Position numbers and translations under genes: made by a program. This document shows positions 8,028 through 17,024 of a stretch of 47,545 nt of DNA, piece by piece (position 1 is the first letter of the stretch; the number at the start of each line of letters is the position of its first letter). Origin of the DNA: Pseudomonadota bacterium (GTDB lineage Bacteria > Pseudomonadota > Gammaproteobacteria > Burkholderiales > Rhodocyclaceae). Location: the NCBI GenBank assembly GCA_040386295.1, contig JAZKFR010000038.1:4933-52477 (forward strand). The letters are read 5' to 3'. Under the pieces are notes generated by a model. That model was not told the origin of the DNA, ran no database searches, and worked only from the letters and a program-made list of their open reading frames with translations.

Positions 8028-9899
8028 ATGAGCCTCATCAAACAACGCGTTCTCTGGGCTAACTACCCAGGAGAAGTGCTGGCAAAAGAATTGCTTCCCT
8101 GCTTCCCGAGCTTAGCGTCTACAACTTATCGCCTCGATCAATCCGAGGTCAGATTTCTGATGACCGCGCTATCCCCGCTTTACTCGCAAATGCTAGAGAC
8201 ACTGGCTAATCCGGTGGCCGCAGCCAGCGGAGTGGAGCCAGAGCAATGCAAAATAATTCTGCGCGAATCGGTCGTACTGATCACCTACACCCTGTTTGAC
8301 AGGATGTTTAGGCTGGCCAAAATTTTGGCGGATGAAAATTTAGAGGGCCTCGTCGTAGCGACGCAGCAAGGAATTTATCCCACGAGCAACGGCCAGCTAA
8401 GCGCTTTGACCGATGGATCTCCTGAGTTTAATCAATACCTGATTGTTCAGCTTGCCGCCTCAATCTGGGCAATCCCTGAAGTTCGTTTAGCCTCCCCCAT
8501 GCTGAATGACGTAAGAAACACTAAAAAAACAAATAATCTAAATTTTGCCCAGCCCGGACTGTGGCAGCGCGTACGCCGTAAATGGAGCAAGATCATCTCA
8601 AGGCAATTCGGCACCTTCCCCACTTTAAGGCTAGCCAATATTGACGATCCTTTGCTCGACGGTGGTCTTTATGCAGCAGGCCAGCTCTTATGGCTGGAAG
8701 ACCTGAGCCATGAGAACGACACGCAGAGAGACCACGCGCTTCGGAACACTCTGGCAGAGCAGCTCAAAGCAGGTTTTTTTAGTGTTTTGACTGATCAGAT
8801 TCTTTCTCGGCTTGGCAAGCTCGCGCCATTCGTGCCGGCACGAGTCGCTGCCATATATTCCAAGCTATTGTCAGAATTGATTCCGCCAGAACGGCTAGAG
8901 GGAATAGCCGCTTACCCAAAATATGAAGCAAAGCTGGCCTCACTTTCTGCGCCTGCACTCTTCTTTTGTGCGATGCCGGGCGGGCAAGATATCCACTGGA
9001 TTGCCGCAGCAAAAAAATTACGTATCCCCGTCGTTGGCGTGCAACATGGTGCCCACTATGGGTTTTCCAGCCAGCCCTGTTTCCTAGATACCGAGTTCGC
9101 TTATTGCGATAAATTTGTTACTTGGGGATGGTCGGATTTTCCGCAACATCCTTTGTCGTCAAAGATCAGGGCAATAGCCTTACCTAGCCCCTGGCTAAGC
9201 GAACGAGCAAGTCTGTGGAAGCAAATCCAGACTTTGCGTCAGGGTCAAGGACAGAGACAGCGCCGCCCGCATGATGTCTTGCTGATGTCTGATCGGATAC
9301 AAGTCTTCCCGCCCTCAGTGAGCACCTTGCGCATGTCGAGGGTAGATTTCCTACCTGAAATAAATCGCACACTCCAAGCGCTGGTCAGCGAGTTAGCGCA
9401 GCGCAAGATTCGTCTTCTGAATAAGCCTTTTAACTACACATCGAGAGATATACAGCGCCAAGTGCTTGATGGCTTGTTGCACGAATTTCCAGAGCACTAC
9501 GCTGAATACGAAAAATTAGACAAAGGCTTGACGCAAAATTTGCTTGAGCGTGCTTGGCTGGTTCTGTGGGATGAGCCTGGCACAGGGTTTTTTGAGTGCT
9601 TAGTCGGCGGCATTCCGTGCATGGTTTGCTGGGAAAGAATGACTTCCTGCGAAGAAGATTACGCTAGACCCTATTTCCAGAAACTTGAAGATGTTGGGCT
9701 GCTGCATTCCTCGCCCACGAGCCTCGCCAAAGCAATCCAGTGCTTCCTAAATGAGCCAGAAGCTTGGCTGAATGACCGTGAGAGAAACACGGTCATTCGC
9801 CAGGTGACGGATCGTTTCGCGCAGACAGACAAAGCTTGGAACATCGCTTGGAAAGCAGCGCTAAAGACGCTTGCAAGCGACGGTTTGATTGGCCCTTAA
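8028..9899 (+). CDS. Orphan 623-aa protein, possible GT-B-like transferase
   Basis: A long ORF starting 21 nt after the ABC gene. The C-terminal half has a Rossmann-like beta-alpha pattern (IPVVGVQHGAHYG, VLLMSD, LVLWDEPGTGFFECLVGGIPCMV). I can name no diagnostic motif. Confidence 0.55.
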   Translation: MSLIKQRVLWANYPGEVLAKELLPCFPSLASTTYRLDQSEVRFLMTALSPLYSQMLETLANPVAAASGVEPEQCKIILRESVVLITYTLFDRMFRLAKILADENLEGLVVATQQGIYPTSNGQLSALTDGSPEFNQYLIVQLAASIWAIPEVRLASPMLNDVRNTKKTNNLNFAQPGLWQRVRRKWSKIISRQFGTFPTLRLANIDDPLLDGGLYAAGQLLWLEDLSHENDTQRDHALRNTLAEQLKAGFFSVLTDQILSRLGKLAPFVPARVAAIYSKLLSELIPPERLEGIAAYPKYEAKLASLSAPALFFCAMPGGQDIHWIAAAKKLRIPVVGVQHGAHYGFSSQPCFLDTEFAYCDKFVTWGWSDFPQHPLSSKIRAIALPSPWLSERASLWKQIQTLRQGQGQRQRRPHDVLLMSDRIQVFPPSVSTLRMSRVDFLPEINRTLQALVSELAQRKIRLLNKPFNYTSRDIQRQVLDGLLHEFPEHYAEYEKLDKGLTQNLLERAWLVLWDEPGTGFFECLVGGIPCMVCWERMTSCEEDYARPYFQKLEDVGLLHSSPTSLAKAIQCFLNEPEAWLNDRERNTVIRQVTDRFAQTDKAWNIAWKAALKTLASDGLIGP

Positions 9900-10010
9900 T
9901 TCATGCCCAATGATCACGCTCTGGAAGCGGTTCAGCCACCTTACGTTGGTGCGAAATACCGGCATTGTCCTGCTGATTCGTCAGCACACTTGAGCGAAAA
10001 GAAGTAGCAG

Positions 10011-10354
10011 GTGCTGTTTAGTTCTTACGAATTTCTATTGCTCTTTCTGCCTGCAGCGTGGCTTGCGTATGGCGCAATGCGCAGGCAAAACCACAACGCC
10101 GCTCTGGGTGTGTGTTATGCGCATTTTCGATTATTTTTTACGCCTGGTGGAGCAGCGCCTTTCTGCTGCTACTGGCAGGCTCGATCGTGTTCAACTTCAC
10201 TGTCGGCGGCTTCCTCTCAAACACAGCGAGTCAGCACGCCGAGTACAAGAAGACGGCTCTTATCGTTGGTATTGCCGCCAATTTGGCGCTCTTAGCCTAT
10301 TTCAAGTATGCAGATTTTTTTGCGCGCAACATAAGTTGCAGGAACTCCGCGTGA
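10011..10354 (+). pseudogene. MBOAT (AlgI/DltB-type O-acyltransferase) remnant: frameshifted and truncated after about 105 codons
   Basis: Frame 0 starts with a classic MBOAT N-terminus (MLFSSYEFLLLFLP...). Frame 2 continues it (SIIFYAWWSSAFLLLLAGSIVFNF...LALLAYFKYADFF) and then stops. Intact MBOATs are about 470 aa. Confidence 0.7.
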
Positions 10355-10668
10355 TCCAACGATACTGTGTAGAAAACAAACTGAGATGTGTTTTTCTATC
10401 GTGTCCTGTCCATGCGTCTGCCTATATTGACCTGCAGAAGCAGATGCAGAAGTTTTTCGCTGGGTTCCCTCAGTTTGATCAACATTTTCACCTTGATCTT
10501 TCAGCTCATGAATTCCCAAACACATGGATGGGCGACACGATAGATCACATTGAGCCAGAACGAAAAGCAGAGACAACGAAGCTTTATTGGGCAAATTTTT
10601 CCCAGTACGTGCAGGATTGAAACTCAGGCTGGCCGAACTGTTTAACTGAGGTATTTTTGGAGGATGCT

Positions 10669-11346
10669 ATGGTAAAAGTTTTTATTGGATATGACCCTCG
10701 GGAAGCTGTGGCATACCATGTTTGCGCGAACAGCATTATTCGCCACGCTAGCGTCCCAATATCACTGACGCCCCTTGCCCTAAACAATCTAAAAAGCTAT
10801 CGAGAAACCCATACGGACGGCAGCAACCAGTTTATCTACAGCCGCTTCATGGTGCCTTATCTCGAGGATTATCAAGGCTGGGCCATTTTTATGGACGGCG
10901 ATATGTTGCTACGTTCTGATATCGCTGAGCTGTGGTCTCTACGCGACGAATCAAAAGCGCTTATGTGCGTTCATCATGACTACAAGACTAAAGCCGTGCA
11001 GAAATATCTAGGCGCCCAGAATCAAAACTACCCGCGCAAAAACTGGTCTAGTGTTGTTCTATGGAATTGTGGGCATCCGGCTAATCGGGTAGTTACCCCA
11101 GAGTTCATTGAGAACGCTACGGGAGCGCAGCTGCACCGTTTTACCTGGCTTACGGACGAACTAATTGGGGAGCTGCCAAAGGTCTGGAACTGGCTGCCCG
11201 ACGAGTTTGGCGCGAACCCTGACGCAAAGCTCTTGCACTGGACTTTAGGGACGCCTTGTTTTCACGAGTATGCTGCAGCCCCCATGGCCGAGGAATGGCA
11301 TCGCGAGGCGCTGCTCGCAAACTACTCACTACAATTCAAGGCATGA
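10669..11346 (+). CDS. GT-A fold (GT8-like) glycosyltransferase
   Basis: VFIGYDPRE...YSRFMVP...IFMDGDML gives a DxD motif in a nucleotide-diphospho-sugar transferase layout. The start is set at ATG 10669, 5 nt after GGAGGA. Confidence 0.55.
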   Translation: MVKVFIGYDPREAVAYHVCANSIIRHASVPISLTPLALNNLKSYRETHTDGSNQFIYSRFMVPYLEDYQGWAIFMDGDMLLRSDIAELWSLRDESKALMCVHHDYKTKAVQKYLGAQNQNYPRKNWSSVVLWNCGHPANRVVTPEFIENATGAQLHRFTWLTDELIGELPKVWNWLPDEFGANPDAKLLHWTLGTPCFHEYAAAPMAEEWHREALLANYSLQFKA

Positions 11347-11404
11347 AGCAGCATCTGTATCAATACTCAGCTTGGACGATCGAATGATCAGGTGCTTGCA
11401 ATAA

Positions 11405-12106
11405 ATGTCCTTTAGAGCGAAAAAAGTGATTGCGCTGATCCCCGCCAGGGGCGGCTCAAAAGGAGTTCACCGCAAGAATTTGCGCCTTATCCAGGGGCGC
11501 CCTCTTGTCGCGCACAGCCTTCAGGCTGCACTCGATTGCACGCTAATTGATCAGGTTGTTCTCTCATCGGACGACGCGGAAATTTTGGCAGTCGGGCGCC
11601 ATCTAGGCGTGCAGCTGCACCAACGCTCGCCCGCAGCAGCCAGTGATAGCGCGACGGCCAATGAGGTGATGCATGATTTTTTAGCCGGGCTGCCACGCGA
11701 TGTGCTTGCGGCTGACCCGTTCGTGGTTTTTTTGCAGCCGACTTCCCCGCTCCGCACGGGCAAAGATATTGATGCTGCATTCGCTTTGCTTGAGTCGAGC
11801 CAGGCCGAGCTGTGTATTAGTGTTGTTGAAGTCAACAAAACGCCGTTCAAGTCATTCACGCTGGGCGCAACGGGCTGTCTTCAAGCCTTGTTTGACGAGA
11901 GCATGACGAATGCTAATCGACAGACTTTGCCGAAAATTTTTTACCCTAACGGGGCAATTTATATTTTCCCGCTGCACGCTTTCGTCAACAAGGGAGGATT
12001 CCCTTCAAATGGTGCAATTCCTTACGTGATGCCCGAGTCGCGTAGTATCGATGTCGATTCGGAAGAAGACTTACAAGCTATTGAGAGACTATGTCCAGAG
12101 AAATGA
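11405..12106 (+). CDS. neuA: CMP-nonulosonic acid synthetase (acylneuraminate cytidylyltransferase), copy 1
   Basis: IALIPARGGSKGVHRKNL and LQPTSPLR motifs of the CTP_transf_3 / NeuA family; 233 aa. Confidence 0.8.
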   Translation: MSFRAKKVIALIPARGGSKGVHRKNLRLIQGRPLVAHSLQAALDCTLIDQVVLSSDDAEILAVGRHLGVQLHQRSPAAASDSATANEVMHDFLAGLPRDVLAADPFVVFLQPTSPLRTGKDIDAAFALLESSQAELCISVVEVNKTPFKSFTLGATGCLQALFDESMTNANRQTLPKIFYPNGAIYIFPLHAFVNKGGFPSNGAIPYVMPESRSIDVDSEEDLQAIERLCPEK

Positions 12107-13134
12107 TCATTCAAGGGCGGGCGATTGGTGCCGAACACCCGCCTATCGTGATTGCCGAAATCGGCATCAATCACGAGGGTTCGCTCGCAACAGCCATCGC
12201 CATGGCCGATGCTGCAATCGACGCTGGCGCCGAAATCATTAAGCATCAAACGCATATCGTCGACGACGAAATGTCTGAAGAAGCGAAGTCCGTGATCCCC
12301 GGTAATGCCGATGTTTCGATTCACGAAATCATGGCACGTTGCGCGCTATCGGAGGCTGACGAAAAAACTTTGATGCAGCACGTGCAGGCGCGTGCTGCCA
12401 TTTTCATCAGTACGCCTTTCTCTCGAGCGGCAGCTGAACGGCTGATTCGCTTCGATATCCCAGCCTTTAAAATTGGCTCGGGCGAATGCAATAATTACCC
12501 CTTGATTCGCCATATCGCACGTGCTGGCAAACCCGTGATCATCAGTACCGGGATGAACAGTATCGAGTCGATTGCACCATCGGTCGCTATTCTGCGGCAG
12601 GCAGGCGTCCCCTACGCCTTGCTTCACTGCACCAACGTCTACCCGACGCCCGCCCATTTGGTGCGCTTAGGCGCGATGGTGAAATTGCAAGAGGCATTCC
12701 CTGACGCCATCGTTGGCCTTTCGGATCACACCGTTGGCAACTACACCTGTCTCGGCGCGGTGGCGCTTGGCGCATCCATTCTTGAGCGCCATTTTACGGA
12801 TCGCATGGATCGTCCGGGACCAGACATCGTTTGTTCGATGGATCCGGGTGCACTGAAGACGCTGATAGAGGGATCGAAGGTGATCTGGTCGGCGCGTGGC
12901 GGAGATAAAACAGCGATTGCAGCTGAAGCACCAACCATCGCGTTTGCCTTTGCCTCGGTGGTCGCTATTCGAGACATTGCTGCGGGTGAGTTATTGAGCG
13001 AGGAAAATATCTGGGTCAAGCGACCCGGTGGCGGTGATTACCTGGCTAAAGACTACGAGTCGCTCCTGGGAAAAACGGCGGTAAGCAATATCCGCAGCGG
13101 TTTCCAGTTGAGGAAAGCAGACGTATTGGTATGA
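12091..13134 (+). CDS. neuB: Nonulosonic acid synthase (NeuB family), copy 1
   Basis: Motifs IAEIGINHEG, KHQTH, STPFS, KIGSGE, STGM, LLHCTNVYPTP, GLSDHT and ERHFT, plus a C-terminal SAF domain. An alternative start at 12103 would give an ATGA overlap with neuA. Confidence 0.85.
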   Translation: MSREMIIQGRAIGAEHPPIVIAEIGINHEGSLATAIAMADAAIDAGAEIIKHQTHIVDDEMSEEAKSVIPGNADVSIHEIMARCALSEADEKTLMQHVQARAAIFISTPFSRAAAERLIRFDIPAFKIGSGECNNYPLIRHIARAGKPVIISTGMNSIESIAPSVAILRQAGVPYALLHCTNVYPTPAHLVRLGAMVKLQEAFPDAIVGLSDHTVGNYTCLGAVALGASILERHFTDRMDRPGPDIVCSMDPGALKTLIEGSKVIWSARGGDKTAIAAEAPTIAFAFASVVAIRDIAAGELLSEENIWVKRPGGGDYLAKDYESLLGKTAVSNIRSGFQLRKADVLV

Positions 13135-14267
13135 GCGATCAAGCTATCCGTAAGATCGTTTTTCTGACGGGAACCCGCGCTGATTTCGGCAAACTCAAGT
13201 CTTTGATGCTGCAGTTACAGGCAGACGCCTGCTTCGAGGTCCATGTCTTTGTTACTGGGATGCACATGCTGTCCAAGTACGGCTCAACCTGGGAGGAAGT
13301 GCGTAAAGCCGGCCTGAACAATCTTTACTGCTTCATCAATCAGAACGAACATGACTCGATGGATCATATCCTGGCCAAAACAATTGCCGGATTGTCCGAT
13401 TATGTGAAAGAAATGTCCCCCGACCTCATCGTCGTGCACGGTGATCGTCTAGAGGCGCTGGCAGGCGCGATTGTCGGCGCGTTTAACAACATTCGCGTTG
13501 CCCACATCGAAGGGGGCGAGGTGTCGGGCACGATTGACGAAGTCATTCGGCATTCAATCTCAAAGATGTCGCATCTCCACTTCGTTGCGAATGATCAAGC
13601 GAAGCGACGGTTGATCCAGCTGGGCGAGCGGGATGAGACAATCCACGTGATTGGTTCTCCCGATGTTGATGTAATGAATTCTTCTGCCTTGCCCTCGCTG
13701 GAGGAAGTGCAGCGCTATTACGAATTTAATTTTGCCGAATACGCCATTCTGATGTTCCACCCGGTAACGACCGAGCTGCGTCTGATCCGCAATCAGATAG
13801 CAACACTCGTCGATGTGATTCTCGAGTCGGGACAAAACTTCGTTGTTCTGTATCCGAACAACGATCATGGTACGGATATTATTTTGGACGAATACGAGCG
13901 GCTACGTGACTGTGCGCGGATTGCCCTCTACCCGTCTATGCGCTTTGAGTATTTCCTAACGCTGCTCAAGCGCGCTCGTTACATGATCGGCAACTCAAGC
14001 GCGGGCATCCGTGAAGCACCCCACTTTGGCGTTCCTACCATCAATTTAGGTTCAAGGCAGCACAGACGAGTGCAAACGCCTTCTGTGTTGGATGTCACGA
14101 TCACGCATGAGGCTATTCGAGACGCCATTGCGCGCGCGCCCTCGGCACCGAGAACACCGCAGATTCTGTTTGGCGATGGCAACAGTGCTTCTGCTTTTCA
14201 CCAAGTACTGCGCGCCAAAGAGACCTGGCTTAGGGAAATTCAGAAGCATTTTGTCGATTACATGTAA
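13131..14267 (+). CDS. neuC: Hydrolysing NDP-HexNAc 2-epimerase (NeuC family), copy 1
   Basis: Motifs FLTGTRADFGKL, HGDRLEALAGA, HIEGGEVSGTIDE, RHSISKMSHLHF and GNSSAGIREAP. The start forms an ATGA overlap with neuB. Confidence 0.85.
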   Translation: MSDQAIRKIVFLTGTRADFGKLKSLMLQLQADACFEVHVFVTGMHMLSKYGSTWEEVRKAGLNNLYCFINQNEHDSMDHILAKTIAGLSDYVKEMSPDLIVVHGDRLEALAGAIVGAFNNIRVAHIEGGEVSGTIDEVIRHSISKMSHLHFVANDQAKRRLIQLGERDETIHVIGSPDVDVMNSSALPSLEEVQRYYEFNFAEYAILMFHPVTTELRLIRNQIATLVDVILESGQNFVVLYPNNDHGTDIILDEYERLRDCARIALYPSMRFEYFLTLLKRARYMIGNSSAGIREAPHFGVPTINLGSRQHRRVQTPSVLDVTITHEAIRDAIARAPSAPRTPQILFGDGNSASAFHQVLRAKETWLREIQKHFVDYM

Positions 14268-14305
14268 GCAAAAAGCAGCACTTTGCTGACCAGCAAATTT
14301 TTTGG

Positions 14306-15532
14306 ATGAACTCATTGATTATGTCTACTGCATATTTTGGCCTGCCTGAAAAGGTGGTGTTCTGCAAATCCTGCGTTATCTCCAATCAACGCCCGAACTC
14401 AACGGTTGAGTTCAAGCACACGCAAGACGAACGAAAAGCCACGATTGGTTTTGGTGACGACGGCATTTGTGACGCTTGCCGATACGGCAAAGAAAAGGCA
14501 GCCAACATCAACTGGACTGAGCGGGAGGATCGCTTGGTTGCCCTGCTCGACAAGCACCGTAAAAATGCGGGCGGATACGACGTGATTGTGCCAGGCAGCG
14601 GGGGCAAAGACAGCGCATACACCTCGCATATATTGAAGTACCGCTACGGCATGAACCCGCTGACCGTCACCTGGGCGCCCCACAAGTACACGGAAATTGG
14701 CTGGAAGAATTTTGAGAATTGGATGCACGTTGGGGGCTTGGACAACATTTTGTTCACGCCGAACGGTCGGCTTCACCGTTACTTGACGCGGATCGCCTTT
14801 CTCAACCTACTTCATCCGTTTCAACCCTTTATTGTCGGCCAGAGAATCATTGGCCCGCTGATGGCGGCAAAGTTCGGTGTTCCCTTGGTCATGTACGGCG
14901 AAAATCAGGCCGAGTATGGCAACAACCCCGATGACAACTATGTTCCGACCATGGACAGGAAGTTTTTCTCTGTGACTAAGGCCGAGGATATCGTTCTCGG
15001 CGGCAGGTCGATCGGCGAGATTGTCGGCACAGGCGAATTCAAGCTGAATGATTTTGCCCCTTATATTCCGCCCAGCGCGGACTATCTTGAGCGCCAGGGC
15101 GTCGAGGTGCACTACCTTGGTTACTACCTGCCGTGGGATCCACAAGAATGCTACTACTACGCTGCCGAACACACCGGCTTCCAAGCCAACTCGGAGCGTA
15201 CGGAAGGAACTTACTCGAAGTACAGCAGCATTGATGATCGCGTCGACATGTTCCACTACTACACAACGCTGATTAAATTTGGTATTGGGCGCGCCACCTA
15301 CGACGCAGCTCAAGAAATCCGCAATGGCAAGATCACGCGCGAAGAAGGGGAGCAGTTGGTGCGTCGTTACGACCAAGAGTTTCCGAAGAAATACTTCCAA
15401 GATTTTCTCGACTACGTCTCTCTAAGCGAAGAGGAATTTCACACGACCGTGGATAAATTTCGTTCGCCACACCTGTGGGAACAACTCAACGGTACGTGGC
15501 AACTAAAGCATACGGTTTGGCAACCTAAGTGA
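14306..15532 (+). CDS. N-acetyl sugar amidotransferase (WbuX/PseA/WbpG family)
   Basis: An N-terminal CxxC...CxxC pair (CKSC, CDAC) is followed by the PP-loop SGGKDS. It lies immediately upstream of HisF/HisH paralogs. Confidence 0.8.
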   Translation: MNSLIMSTAYFGLPEKVVFCKSCVISNQRPNSTVEFKHTQDERKATIGFGDDGICDACRYGKEKAANINWTEREDRLVALLDKHRKNAGGYDVIVPGSGGKDSAYTSHILKYRYGMNPLTVTWAPHKYTEIGWKNFENWMHVGGLDNILFTPNGRLHRYLTRIAFLNLLHPFQPFIVGQRIIGPLMAAKFGVPLVMYGENQAEYGNNPDDNYVPTMDRKFFSVTKAEDIVLGGRSIGEIVGTGEFKLNDFAPYIPPSADYLERQGVEVHYLGYYLPWDPQECYYYAAEHTGFQANSERTEGTYSKYSSIDDRVDMFHYYTTLIKFGIGRATYDAAQEIRNGKITREEGEQLVRRYDQEFPKKYFQDFLDYVSLSEEEFHTTVDKFRSPHLWEQLNGTWQLKHTVWQPK

Positions 15533-16362
15533 GTATGCAGCGTCAATCCAATCAAGCCGATCAATCCAGTCAGCCCAGCAAACCCAGTACGCAGCGCAAC
15601 GTCAGGCTAATCGCACGCCTAGACATTAAGGGATCGAATCTGATCAAAGGGATCCATCTCGAGGGTCTGCGCGTGATTGGCTCAGCGCAGGAGCACGCGC
15701 TCAAGTATTACCTACAAGGCGCAGACGAACTGATCTACATGGATTGTGTTGCCAGTCTGTATGGGCGCAATCATCTTGCTGAGATCATCAGTCAGGCCGC
15801 GCGTGACATCTTCGTGCCAATGACCGTCGGTGGCGGCATTCGTTCGGTAGAAGATGCAACGCAAATTTTGCGCGCTGGCGCCGACAAAGTGGCGGTCAAC
15901 ACCGCTGCAGTCGCGAATCCAGACTTGATTAGCCGCATCGCCCAGCGCTTCGGCAGCCAATGTATGGTGCTGTCAGTTGAAGCCAAACAGATTGCCCCGG
16001 GTTGCTGGGAGGCTTACGCCGACAATGGCCGCGAGCGTAGCGGCAGGGACGTTGTGGCCTGGGTGAAAGAGGCAGTTGCGCTAGGAGCAGGCGAAGTCCT
16101 CATCACGTCGATTGATCGTGAGGGAACACGCAAAGGCTTCGATGTTGCCCTCGTGCAGGCGGTCACTGCGGCGGTCAGCGTACCGGTGATTGCGAGTGGC
16201 GGCATGGGGCGGCTAGAAGACTTCTCGGATGTGGTGAGTAACGGGGGCGCCGATGCTGTTGCGATGGCGGACATCCTGCATTACAACCGCGCATCGATTG
16301 GTGAAATTCGCGAGCAGGCTTGTCGCTCTGGCATCGCAGTGAGGCATTATGTGCGCCGCTAA
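15529..16362 (+). CDS. HisF-like cyclase subunit paralog (WbuZ-type)
   Basis: RLIARLDIKG...VGGGIRS...VLITSIDREGT...IASGG, a (beta/alpha)8 HisF signature. The GTG start overlaps the upstream stop. Confidence 0.8.
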   Translation: MSMQRQSNQADQSSQPSKPSTQRNVRLIARLDIKGSNLIKGIHLEGLRVIGSAQEHALKYYLQGADELIYMDCVASLYGRNHLAEIISQAARDIFVPMTVGGGIRSVEDATQILRAGADKVAVNTAAVANPDLISRIAQRFGSQCMVLSVEAKQIAPGCWEAYADNGRERSGRDVVAWVKEAVALGAGEVLITSIDREGTRKGFDVALVQAVTAAVSVPVIASGGMGRLEDFSDVVSNGGADAVAMADILHYNRASIGEIREQACRSGIAVRHYVRR

Positions 16363-16993
16363 AGTCGCCCTGATTGACTACGGCATGGGAAATCTACTCA
16401 GTGTCCAGCGCGGCTTGGAGCGCGTGGGTGCCGAGGTTCACGTCACTTCCGAGCCCGAGCACATTCTGTCTGCCGATAGAGTGGTTCTGCCCGGTGTCGG
16501 CGCTTTCCCTGACGCTATGGACGAACTTGAGCGGCGTGGACTGGTGCCAGTGATGCGCACTCTGGCGAAGCAAGGAACGCCCTTGCTCGGGATCTGTCTC
16601 GGCATGCAAATTCTCTTCGACGTAGGACTTGAGTTTGGCGAAACAGCGGGACTTGGCCTGATTCCCGGCCGCGTTCTGCCGATGCCTAAAGTATCCGCCC
16701 AGGGTGATCTGCTGAAAATTCCGCACATCGGCTGGAACTCGCTACATCCGGCAGGCGACAGCGATTGGCAGACGGGCGTACTCGCCGAACTTGAATCGGG
16801 CGAAGCGGTTTATTTTGTGCACTCTTTCATGGCGCAGCCGCAAGAAGCGCGGTTTAGCATTGCCCACTGTTTTTACGGCGGGATTCCGATTGCTGCGGTC
16901 GTCGGCAGAAATAAAGTGCTTGGCTGCCAATTTCATCCAGAGAAAAGTGGTGAAGTGGGTCTGCGCGTTTTACGCGGATTTCTGTCGCTTTGA
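16349..16993 (+). CDS. HisH-like class I glutamine amidotransferase paralog (WbuY-type)
   Basis: VALIDYGMGNL, LPGVGAF, GICLGMQ (nucleophile Cys) and FHPEKS. Confidence 0.8.
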   Translation: MCAAKVALIDYGMGNLLSVQRGLERVGAEVHVTSEPEHILSADRVVLPGVGAFPDAMDELERRGLVPVMRTLAKQGTPLLGICLGMQILFDVGLEFGETAGLGLIPGRVLPMPKVSAQGDLLKIPHIGWNSLHPAGDSDWQTGVLAELESGEAVYFVHSFMAQPQEARFSIAHCFYGGIPIAAVVGRNKVLGCQFHPEKSGEVGLRVLRGFLSL

Positions 16994-17024
16994 GCAACCA
17001 CGATTCGATTGGAGCAGGCTGACG

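Noticed and set aside
10355-10620. Third-frame ORF tail downstream of the MBOAT remnant as a functional small gene
   Set aside because: It has no start codon with an RBS at a sensible position. It sits in an AT-rich decayed patch and appears to be only a C-terminal fragment, so I treated it as part of the scar rather than a CDS.
16791-17024. N-terminal 78-codon extension of the tracked ORF 16791..18191
   Set aside because: It overlaps the hisH-like gene by about 200 nt in another frame and is low complexity. An in-frame GTG at 17025 preceded by GGAG gives a tidy 31-nt intergenic gap.
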